Assembly (NCBI GenBank): GCA_030390025.1
Contig: CM059432.1
Location: forward strand, 90,770,001 to 90,834,000
DNA length: 64,000 bases
Direction of reading: 5' to 3'
From: Squalus acanthias
Lineage: Eukaryota
Positions 1 through 9,133 of the stretch are shown here, in pieces. The notes under the pieces are model-generated. The model searched no databases, was not told the DNA's origin, and saw nothing but the letters and a program-made list of their open reading frames with translations. The position numbers were made by a program, and so were the translations under genes. Each line of letters begins with the position of its first letter. Within the stretch, counting starts at the first letter, position 1.

Positions 1-116
1 AGCAACGCCCCGCCAAATTTCTCAAGAGGTGCTTTTTCCCCCCCTCCCGGGCAATAAGCCCTTTTCGCCCCCTGGAGGCACTAACGGCAGGCGCAAAGGA
101 GCCGAATTTCTTGCCC
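1..116. mobile_element. Right end of a PIF/Harbinger-type MITE (TAGCGCC family), cut by the window edge
   Basis: Ends in GAATTTCTTGCCCC and resembles the right ends of the MITEs at 14417-14832 and 47058-47413. Confidence 0.6.
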
Positions 117-324
117 CAAATATTTCATTCGGGCTTGGTGCTACTCAGACACTCAACTAAGGTAAATGCAATAACATTTGCAAACAGTGGGCAAATGTCA
201 CGTGATTAAATATCATGCGAATAAGCATTACATGGGTGGTGTCGCATACTCAAATGCCATGTGATCAAATATCACAAGATCAAATCTCCAGGAATACGTC
301 GAACCAGAGTTGGCAACCCAAAGA

Positions 325-535
325 CACTCTTGTAATGTAGCGTATTGCAACAGCCAGGTTGGACACCGCAAAGTCCCACAAATAGCAATGAGATAAATAA
401 TCAAATAATCCGTTTTAGTGATGTTGGTTGAGGGATCAATTTCAGCTAGGACACTGGAAGAACTCCCCTGCTCTTTGAATAGTGCCAAGGGATCTTTTAT
501 GTTTACCTGAGAGGTCAGGTGGGGCCTCAATTTAA
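325..535 (-). mobile_element. Deu-domain SINE fragment (SacSINE1/AmnSINE-like)
   Basis: Reverse complement reads ttaaattgaggcccc...ctctcaggtaaacataaaagatccc...gagcaggggagtt...atccctcaaccaacatcactaaaac, which matches the Deu central domain as I recall it. Confidence 0.75.
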
Positions 536-683
536 GAACATACGAACATAAGTAATAGGAGCAGGAGTAGGCCATATGGCCCCTCGAGCCTGCTCCGCCA
601 TTCAATAAGATCATGGCTGATCATCGACCTCAACTCCACTTTCCTGCCTGATCTCCACATCCCTTGATTCCTCTAGAGTCCAA

Positions 684-1504
684 AGGGGAAAAATTGGGTA
701 TCGGCCATTTTGGGGCGCTAATATCGGCAGGGCGCAAAGTTTAGCGCCCGGCACTAATTATCGCCTCTGACTGCAAAATTCGCCTCTATCGCACTTGGAG
801 GTGATTTGAGCACTAAATCAAGCGCTACACACCTCTCTTAAGGCTAATGTCGGGGAGCGAGGTGCTACCTCAGAACGCTACCGAAGCTCAGGCAATGTCA
901 GTTACTATGGAAGCCCGATAGACATCCATTTCTTAAAGGTGAGGGCCCATCTTGCTGGCCAGCCACACCCTGCTCATTACAGCCTTGAATCTCGGCTTGG
1001 AGAGACCTCTAAAGCAATTGTGTTGGAAGCAGTAATGGATAGGCCCAGGGAAAGAGCTCGGCGCTTAGGAACCTCCAAAGTGGTTCTCAGGACCCAAAAC
1101 TCCTTTGGACAGCGTTGAATCTCTCCAGACGTCTCTCTCCCTCTCAACCTGTGTGTTCCAAAAATTTCACCGACAAGAAAAGGCAGGAAGCACTCGCCTT
1201 TAAATAGCACTCTCCCAGCCCCTTCCCGGCTTGAAAACGTTCCCCTCTACCTGTCGTTCCTAGCGGCAGGTGGTAAGGCAGGGGGCGCGACTCAATATCT
1301 GGTCCGGTGCACTGCCGGGTTGTTGCACACTCGACTGACGTCATGATCTGCAGGTGCAGGAGATCGTGGCGGTAGTGTTTAGCGCCGCTGCAAAACGACT
1401 GGTCAATTTCGCGAGCGGCGCTAAAATCGTCACGCTCGGGTGCTAAGTTCCTAGCTACCCCCGAAGGCGCTAATGGGAGGCGCTAACCAACAGAATTTCC
1501 CCCC
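684..1504. mobile_element. PIF/Harbinger MITE (TAGCGCC family)
   Basis: TIRs AGGGGAAAAATT / AATTTCCCCCC, 3-bp TSD CAA, many GGCGCTA/TAGCGCC subterminal repeats, Myb start remnant MDRPRERARR at 1035. Confidence 0.8.
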
Positions 1505-1548
1505 CAAAAAATCTATCTAACTCAGCCTTGAATATACTCAAAGACTCG

Positions 1549-2305
1549 GGGCTGGATTTTCAATGGCCCGTGGAGTCGGGTTTGGAGGCGTGTGGGGGGT
1601 TAAAGTTGCAGATTCGGGGGTCCCGACCCCATCCCACCTCCAACCCGCCTCCACGCAATTTTGACAAAATCGGTCGCGGGGTTCCCGACTCCGTCCTGCC
1701 TCCAAGAGGCGGGAGAGGCCATTAAAGCCCTTAACAAGCCCTAAATTGGCTCTGTAATGCCATTTTGAAACGTTTTAGCTAGTTTAACCCTTTTCCGACG
1801 TGAAGTACGCCTGGTGTGAAACACGCCAGTGAAACCTGGCGGGAGCACAAGTGGATAGCTGACTATCAGCTGCGGGTCTACTATTACAACGGAGATGTGA
1901 TGAAGGTAGTAGTAGTATTGTGATGAAGATAGTAGTAGTATTAGGTCTGAAAGTCGCCTCTGATGCTGCTGCATTGAATGTCTTCAGAGACTGCCTGGGA
2001 GGACTTGGTTGCAATCTCTCTCTGTCTCTCTCGCTCGCTCTCTCTCTCTCATATGCTGCTCATTTTGCATCCAGGTCCTCTCACAGCAAAGGCCAGGCAG
2101 TCTCTGACCTGCAATGATGACATCATCAGAGGCGACTTTCAGACTGAAACCACTAATTGGTTCATGGGTTCCCACATGCTGGAACTCAATTGCCCAATTA
2201 AGTGAAAATTGCATCATTCATCCACATTAATCTGGAGTCGGGGGGGGGGCAACACAAAATGCGGGTAACACGACCCCATCCCGACCCCAAGACAAAATCC
2301 AGCCC
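1549..2305. mobile_element. PIF/Harbinger MITE (GGGCTGGATTTT TIR)
   Basis: TIRs GGGCTGGATTTT / AAAATCCAGCCC; TSD TCG/TCA (one CpG-type mismatch). Confidence 0.8.
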
Positions 2306-2375
2306 TCAGTATCCACAGCCCTCTGGGGCAGAGAATTCCAGAGATTAACTGTCACTACAAAAGGAAAGCTGTTAG

Positions 2376-2735
2376 ACAACAAAACAGTTTGCTTTTATAT
2401 AGTAATGCCAAAAGTAATGTCTCATTGCTTCACAAGTGGCTAATAAGTATTGAAAAGGACACTGAGCCATAGAGGAAGAGATCGACAGGGGTAACCAAAA
2501 ATTTAGTCAAAAAAAATAGATTTTTTAGGTGGTTTTTAAAAAAGGAGAAAGAAATGGAGAGGCTTAAGGGTTTAGGGGGAGAAATCCAGAAAGCAGGGTC
2601 AAGGGAACTGGTGGCATGAAAGGGCAGGGGGATCCGCAAAGTTCAGTCCGAGGATCAAAGGGGGCAGGAATGGATATAAGGCTAGAGGAAATTTCAGAGA
2701 TATGATGGAGCAAGACCATGGAGGGAATTAGAACT
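2376..2735 (-). mobile_element. Decayed L2 LINE 3' end
   Basis: Resembles the L2 3' ends at 26849 and 37197 (acaac...tttatatag, accaaaa...gtcaaa, ccatggaggga). Confidence 0.65.
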
Positions 2736-2738
2736 AAG

Positions 2739-3455
2739 GGGCTGAATTTTGCCGGCGCTCAGAGGACAAGTTTGGAGGCGGGTCCGCTGTAAAAATCAAA
2801 AAGATTGACAGCGGGCCGGTATCCCGCTCTGAACCCGCCTCCTTGTCAGTTTCCCTAGTGCCAGCTCTGCCCGCGCTTTGCAGACACGGCACTAAGAGGC
2901 GGGTCATTCAATTGTGCTTGTTAGGAGTGTGTTTAAAGTAATTAAATCCTCATTTACCCAGTTCCAAAGCATTTTGCCAAGTTTTCCATGAGGTTCCTGT
3001 CGCTCGGGGATCACGCCAGGTAAGTATGTCGGGTTCGGAACAACTCTCCATTTCTTTCAATAGGTGACAGCTGCAAAAGTGGTTTAAAACCTGCCATTTT
3101 ACAGCTGGTCAGTTTCCGATCTCAGAAAGCTTGAGAGAACCCACTTTTGAGTTTTATGCACTTTTGAAGTGTTTGGAGTAATCTCTCTATCCACTGTCAC
3201 CTCCTTGTAACAACCTATCTCAACACTGACAGATTACTCCTGTCATCTCAACCTCACCTGCCATCTATTCCATCAGCATCGGTGCTGTTGAAAAAATCTC
3301 AACTTGGTCCTCAGAATCCTAAAACAATCAGCCCCAACACCAGCATCACCAGGCACACCAGCAACACCAACATCCACACCAGCCTTCTCCGCAATCAACT
3401 GATGCTGCACTGGACACAGGGCATCATCACCCGTGCACATTGCTGCACAGGGAAC
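2739..3455 (+). mobile_element. Truncated Harbinger derivative (transposase-side end)
   Basis: TIR GGGCTGAATTTT; colinear with 51577-52300, including the CCAG|GTAAGT donor and a Q/H-rich transposase N-terminal remnant; the right end is missing. Confidence 0.7.
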
Positions 3456-3458
3456 TAT

Positions 3459-3562
3459 AGAGTTCTGACGAAGGGTCATCGACCTGAAACGGTAACTCTG
3501 ATTCTCTCTCTACAGATGCTGCCTGACCTGCTGAGTATTTCCAGCATTTTCTGTTTTATTTT
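3459..3562 (+). mobile_element. Penelope-like element terminal (pLTR) fragment
   Basis: Near-identical to the 3' ends of the Penelope copies at 36580-36711 and 59890-60023. Confidence 0.85.
3461..3497 (+). ncRNA. Minimal hammerhead ribozyme motif (degenerate stem III)
   Basis: AGTT-CTGACGA-A-GGGTC ATC GACCT-GAAA-CGGT-AACT; the ACGT palindrome is mutated to ACGG. Confidence 0.6.
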
Positions 3563-4015
3563 GGGTCCCTTACAGGAGACATTATAATGGGGAATAAGGA
3601 AATGGCAGAGACATTAAACAAATACTTTTATCTGTCCTCACGGAAGAAGACACAAAAAAAATTCTGGAAATAGTGGGGAACCAAGGGTCTAGTGAGAATG
3701 AGGAACTTAAAGAAATTAGTATTAGTAAAGAAATAGTACTGGAGAAATTATTGCGACTAAAAGCCAACAAATCTCCTGGACCTGATGACCTACATCCTAG
3801 GGTTTTAAAAGAGGTGGCTACAGAGATAGTGGATGTATTGGTTTTGATCTTCCAAATTCCTTAGATTCTAGAACGGTACCCGCAGATGGAAGGTAGCAAA
3901 TGCTATTTCAGAAAGGAGAGAGAGAGAGAGAAAACAGGGAACTATAGACCAGTTAGTCTGACATCAGTAGTTATGCAAATGCTAGAATCTATTAGGGCAC
4001 TTAGAAAATCATAAT

Positions 4016-4780
4016 GGCCCAGAAATTGGAGTTCGATGGTTGCCGCGGGGGTAAGGATCCCCCGCGATATCGCACTCCGCGCCTACCTTTATGGTTTTGG
4101 CCCACACGAACTTCAGTTCCTGGGCCTCTCCCTGGTGCCGGCGCGCAGTGTGTGCGTGTCCGAGAGGCGCAGTTAGTGCGATGCGACCTCTGGGATCACA
4201 TGGGCCAGTTAGAGCCAATGGCAGCACACCATCTTTCATTCATAGTTTTGACAGCAAGAGCTGTCAAAACTATGAATACAACAAGCCCCCAAAAGAACAG
4301 CTAAACCTCAATTAAATTTAAAAAAAAGCCATCACATTAATAAAATAACTATAGTTAAATAAATTAACCACTTTAAACAAAAATTTAAATTTTTGAAAAA
4401 ATTTAAAATCTTTTTAAAAGTTATAAAAATAAACTTACCTTTCTTTAAAGTCTCTAAAAAAGATAAACCTGTTGAAAAAATTTTAAAATAATACTTAATT
4501 AACTACTTACCTTGTTAAAAGGGGGTCTTACGCCTGCTTTCTTTATGTGTAAAATCTTCAACACTTACCTGCGCGTTCAAACCTGAAAAAAAAACTAAGT
4601 GTGCTGCGTGCGCGCAACCTGTAGCGCACACGCGGTTCACTTAGGAACCGCCCCCTTTGCCATACACGAAGTGCCGGTTTCCCGCGCATGCGCAGTGCAT
4701 GCAGGAAACCGGCACTTCGGGACCTAATACGCGAGAGTACACAGTGCGTACTCTCCCGCATTAGGTCTAATTTTCGGGCC
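4016..4780. mobile_element. MITE with GGCCC TIR, AWT target and AT-rich core (probably Harbinger-type)
   Basis: TIRs GGCCCAGAAATT / AATTTTCGGGCC; TSD AAT/ATT; homologous to 17520-18260. Confidence 0.8.
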
Positions 4781-5140
4781 ATTATGATTGGGCTGAGTCA
4801 ACACGGATTTTTGAAAGAGAAATCCTCTTTGACAAATCTGTTAGAGTTTTTTGCGGTTGTAACTAGCAGGGTAGATAAGGGGGAACCAGTGGATGTAGTG
4901 TATTTGGATTTTCAAAAAGCATTCGATAAGATGCCACGCAAGAGATTATTACACAAAATTATGGCTCATGGGATTGGGGGTAATATATTAGCATGGATTG
5001 GGGCTTGGTTATCAGATAGTAAACAGAGAATAGGAATAAATGGTGTAGAGTTTCTGGGTCTTTGCCAATTAACCCTTTCACTCCTAAGTTCCAAAAGATT
5101 CGACTTGACCCATATTGGTGGCAGTAATTATATTTTATTC

Positions 5141-7837
5141 AGTGTAAGTGAGACAGGAAATAGTTGAGGCATGTAATAAGGGAACATCTATAATTATGGG
5201 GGATTTTAACTATCATATTAATTGGACAAATCAAATGGGGCAGAGCTGCCTTGAGGATGAGTTCATTGAGTGTATTAGGGATGGGTTTCTTGAGCAGTAT
5301 GTAACTGAACCGACCAGGGGGCAAGCAACCTTAGATCTGGTTCTGTGTAACGAGACAGGATTAATTAAAAATGTCCTAGTAAAGGATCTCCTTGGAATGA
5401 GTGACCATAACATGGTTGAATTCCATATTCAATTAGAGGGTGAGAAGGTTGGATCTCAAACAAGCGTGCTAAGCTTGAATAAAGGTGACTATGAAGGTAT
5501 GCGAGCGGAATTGAGTAGAGTGGATTGGGAAAATAGATTAAAGGGTAAGACGACACATGATCAGTGGTGTACATTCAAGGAGTTATTTTACAACTTCCAA
5601 AAAAAATATATTCCACTGAAAAGAAAAGGGTGTAAAAGAAAGGACAGTCATCCGTGGCTAAGTAAAGAAATTAAGGATAGTATTCGACTAAAAACAAGGG
5701 CATATAAGGTAGCGAAATCTAGTGGGAGGACAGAGGATTGGGAAAACTTTAAAAGGCAGCAAAAAATAACAAAAAGATTGATTAAGAAAGGGAAGATAGA
5801 TTATGAAAGTAAATTAGTAAAAAATATAAAAACAGATAGTAAGAGTTTTTATAGTTATATAAAAAGAAAAAGGGTGGCTAAAGTAAATGTTGGTCCCTTA
5901 GAGGATGAGACCGGGAAATTAATGGTGGGAAATATGGAGATGGCAAAAACACTGAATGAATTTTTTGTATCAGTCTTTACAGTAGAGGACACTAAGAATA
6001 TCCCAACACTGGACAAACAGGGGGCTATAGGGGGAGAGGAGCTAAACACGATCAAAATCACTAAGGAAGTGGTACTCGGTAAAATAATGGGACTCAAGGC
6101 GGATAAATCACCTGGACCTGATGGCTTACATCCTAGAGTCTTGAAGGAAGTGGCGGTAGGGATTGTAGATGCATTGGTAATAATTTTTCAAAACTCCCTG
6201 GATTCCGCTAAGGTCCCGGCAGACTGGAAAACTGCTAATGTAACACCCTTATTTAAAAAGGGCAGTAGACAGAAGGCTGGTAACTATAGACCGGTTAGCC
6301 TAACATCTGTGGTAGGTAAAATTTTGGAGTCCATTATTAAGGAAACAGTAACAGGACATTTGGATAATCATAATTTAATAGGACAAAGTCAGCATGGTTT
6401 TACGAAGGGGAAGTCATGTTTGACAAATTTGCTGGAGTTCTTTGAGGAAGTAACATATAGAGTGGATAAAGGGGAACCAGTGGACGTAGTGTATTTAGAC
6501 TTCCAAAAGGCATTTGACAAGGTGCCACACAAAAGATTATTGCTTAAGGTAAAAAATCACGGGATTGGGGGTAATATTCTGGCATGGATAGAGGATTGGC
6601 TATCTAACAGAAAGCAAAGAGTTGGGATAAATGGTTCATTCTCAGACTGGCAATCAGTAACTAGTGGTGTTCCACAGGGGTCAGTGCTGGGTCCCCAACT
6701 CTTTACAATCTATATTAACGATTTGGAGGAAGGGACCAAGTGTAACATATCAAAATTTGCAGATGATACTAAGATGGGAGGGAAAGTAGTGAGTGAGGAG
6801 GACATAAAAAACCTGCAAGGGGACATAGACAGGCTAAGTAAGTGGGCAGAGATTTGGCAGATGGAATACAACACTGGAAAGTGTGAGGTGATGCACTTTG
6901 GCAGGAAAAATCCTAGAGCAATTTATTATCTTAATGGCAAGAAACTGGAGAGTACTGAAGTGCAAAGGGATCTGGGGGTCCTGGTGCACGAAACTCAAAA
7001 GGTTAGTATGCAGGTGCAGCAAGTGATTAAGAAGGCAAATGGAATGTTGGCTTTCATTGCTAGGGGGATAGAATATAAAAATAGGGAGGTATTGCTTCAG
7101 TTGTACAAGGTATTGGTGAGACCGCACCTGGAATACTGCATACAGTTTTGGTGTCCTTACTTAAGGAAAGACATCCTTGCTCTCGAGGCAGTGCAAAAAA
7201 GGTTCACTCGGTTAATCCCAGGGATGAGGGGGTGGTCATATGAGGAGAGGTTGGGTAGATTGGGACTCTACTCATTGGAGTTCAGAAGAATGAGAGGTGA
7301 TCTTATTGAAACATATAAGATTGTGAAGGGGTTGGATCGGGCGGATGCGGGGAGGATGTTCCCGATGACGAGTGAGACTAGAACTAGGGGACATAGTCTT
7401 AGAATAAGGGGCTGCTCTTTCAAAACTGAGATGAGGAGGAACTACTTCACTCAGAGGGTGGTAGGTCCATGGAATATGCTGCCACAAAAAGCTGTAGAAG
7501 CTACATCATTAAATAAATTTAAAACAGAAATAGACAGTTTCCTAGAAGTAAAGGGCATTAAGGGTTACGGGGAGCGGGCAGGAATTTGGACATGAGTCTA
7601 GGTTCGGATCGGTCATGGCCCTGTGGGTAGTGGAGCGGGCCCAGGGACCGTGTAGCCTGATTCTGCTCCTATTTCGTGTGTGCAATTCTGTTAGATGCAG
7701 GAGATGGTTCTGTGATAGTAGATAGTAGATTGGCGGTTAGGATCAGATCAGCCATGATCTTATTGAATGGCGGAGCAGGCTCGAGGGGCCGTTTGGCCTA
7801 CTCCTGCTCCTATTTCTTATGTTCTTATGTTCTTATG
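5141..7837 (+). mobile_element. Young 5'-truncated CR1 LINE
   Basis: Uninterrupted ORF2 followed by the 3' UTR and (TTCTTATG)3 tail. Confidence 0.95.
5148..7595 (+). CDS. CR1 ORF2: C-terminal part of the APE endonuclease plus complete reverse transcriptase (815 codons, 5'-truncated)
   Basis: GDFN and SDH endonuclease motifs; RT motifs NYRPVSLTS, QHGF, DFQKAFD, GVPQGSVLGP, FADD; no stop codons. Confidence 0.9.
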   Translation: MRQEIVEACNKGTSIIMGDFNYHINWTNQMGQSCLEDEFIECIRDGFLEQYVTEPTRGQATLDLVLCNETGLIKNVLVKDLLGMSDHNMVEFHIQLEGEKVGSQTSVLSLNKGDYEGMRAELSRVDWENRLKGKTTHDQWCTFKELFYNFQKKYIPLKRKGCKRKDSHPWLSKEIKDSIRLKTRAYKVAKSSGRTEDWENFKRQQKITKRLIKKGKIDYESKLVKNIKTDSKSFYSYIKRKRVAKVNVGPLEDETGKLMVGNMEMAKTLNEFFVSVFTVEDTKNIPTLDKQGAIGGEELNTIKITKEVVLGKIMGLKADKSPGPDGLHPRVLKEVAVGIVDALVIIFQNSLDSAKVPADWKTANVTPLFKKGSRQKAGNYRPVSLTSVVGKILESIIKETVTGHLDNHNLIGQSQHGFTKGKSCLTNLLEFFEEVTYRVDKGEPVDVVYLDFQKAFDKVPHKRLLLKVKNHGIGGNILAWIEDWLSNRKQRVGINGSFSDWQSVTSGVPQGSVLGPQLFTIYINDLEEGTKCNISKFADDTKMGGKVVSEEDIKNLQGDIDRLSKWAEIWQMEYNTGKCEVMHFGRKNPRAIYYLNGKKLESTEVQRDLGVLVHETQKVSMQVQQVIKKANGMLAFIARGIEYKNREVLLQLYKVLVRPHLEYCIQFWCPYLRKDILALEAVQKRFTRLIPGMRGWSYEERLGRLGLYSLEFRRMRGDLIETYKIVKGLDRADAGRMFPMTSETRTRGHSLRIRGCSFKTEMRRNYFTQRVVGPWNMLPQKAVEATSLNKFKTEIDSFLEVKGIKGYGERAGIWT

Positions 7838-9133
7838 ATACATTACAGCATCTGAGCAGTAGTTAAACAAGGCGCAATCAATATTTATATTACCCGTTAT
7901 GCCCTGGGTAGAAGCCACGATCTCCACGAGTCTGCCCCCGTCGGCCCTGGCCTCTAGTCTGACTCGTCCGCCCGGTATGACGCATGTGGGTCCTTCACCA
8001 GTCTGAATCCCTCCTCGGCTCATCTGGTGGATGTTCCCAAGCTCTTTGCTGAATACCTCTACAACCTAAGTGTCTGAGAGACCCCTTCTTATACTTCTTT
8101 TTCCCAGCAAAGCCTAGTTAACCCAATCATTGACTTAAACCTGAAACCCCCTGTCCAATTACAGGGATGCCACGTACCTAATGACCCCACCTGTCCATGT
8201 CAAGCCATCATCTTATGACACCCTGACATCATCTGCTTTTTACCCTTGGAACCTTATCAGCCCGTTAACATACCGATGGTAGTGCCTTGCTCGAAGGAGA
8301 TGATGGCGTCCCTGTAATCAGTTATTTCAGTTTGAGACAGAAAACATCGGACTCCCTTTGCCTCTTATCTCAGTCACTGGAATTCCACTACCCTCTTGAG
8401 TCCTTTCCCACAGACATCTTTTCTGCTTTAGAAAAGTTTGCTGAGAAGCATTTCTTAATATTTTAGTCAAGGGAGGCCCAACGCCTCGGTTTCTTCCATT
8501 TTAAAATCTAACCGGGTCTACCCACTAGTTTAAAAGCATAATTATTCAGGCATTGTTGTGCATTGCGTACCAGTTACATAATACGAACTTGAACCTACAA
8601 CTAATAATACTTATTTCATTTAGTCCATGTTAGTTAGTAGGGAGAATTCGAAATGAAGATTTCCCATGATTCTCACAACGTGTCATTTTCGGGTTGGCAG
8701 GCTGTAACTAATGGGTTACCGCAAGGATCAGTGCTTGAGCCTCAGCTAGTTACAATCTATGTCAATGACTTAGATGAGGGGACCGAGTGTAATATGTCCT
8801 AGTTTGCTAACGATACAAAGCTAGGTGGGAAAGTAAGTTGTGAGGAGGATGCAAAGTGGCTGCAAAGGGATATAAATAGGTTAAGTGAGTGGGCAAGAAC
8901 ATGGCAGATGGAATATAATGTGGAGAAATGTGAAGTTATCCACTTTGGTAGGATAAATAGAAAAGCAGAATATTTTTTAAATGATAAGAAATTGGGAAAT
9001 GTTGGAATTCAGAGGGACCTGGGGGTCCTTGTACACGAATCACTGAAAGTTAACATACAGGTACAGCAAGCAATTAGGAAAGCAAAAGGTATGTTAGCCT
9101 TTATTACAAAAGGATTGAAGTATAAGAGTAAAG

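Larger units (their letters stand above)
535..2345 (-). mobile_element. CR1 (HER1-like) LINE 3' end in three pieces (535-683, 1505-1548, 2306-2345), split by two MITEs
   Basis: (AAGAACAT)n tail and the GGAGCAGG...CCTGCTCC stem; the sequence reads continuously across both insertions. Confidence 0.85.
5044..8677 (-). mobile_element. Solo LTR (about 0.94 kb: 5044-5140 plus 7838-8677), interrupted by a young CR1
   Basis: TGT...ACA termini, degenerate 4-bp TSD ATGG/ACGT in the host CR1, minus-strand TATAAG near 8090 and AATAAA near 5135 in U3-R-U5 order. Confidence 0.7.

Noticed and set aside
228..3587. Numerous short six-frame ORFs here and throughout the window
   Set aside because: They are antisense or off-frame readings of repeats or low-complexity DNA without splice or motif support
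4688..5167. 159-aa ORF apparently continuous with the 815-aa CR1 ORF
   Set aside because: Chance read-through from a MITE end into old CR1 and then LTR; a different element from the young CR1
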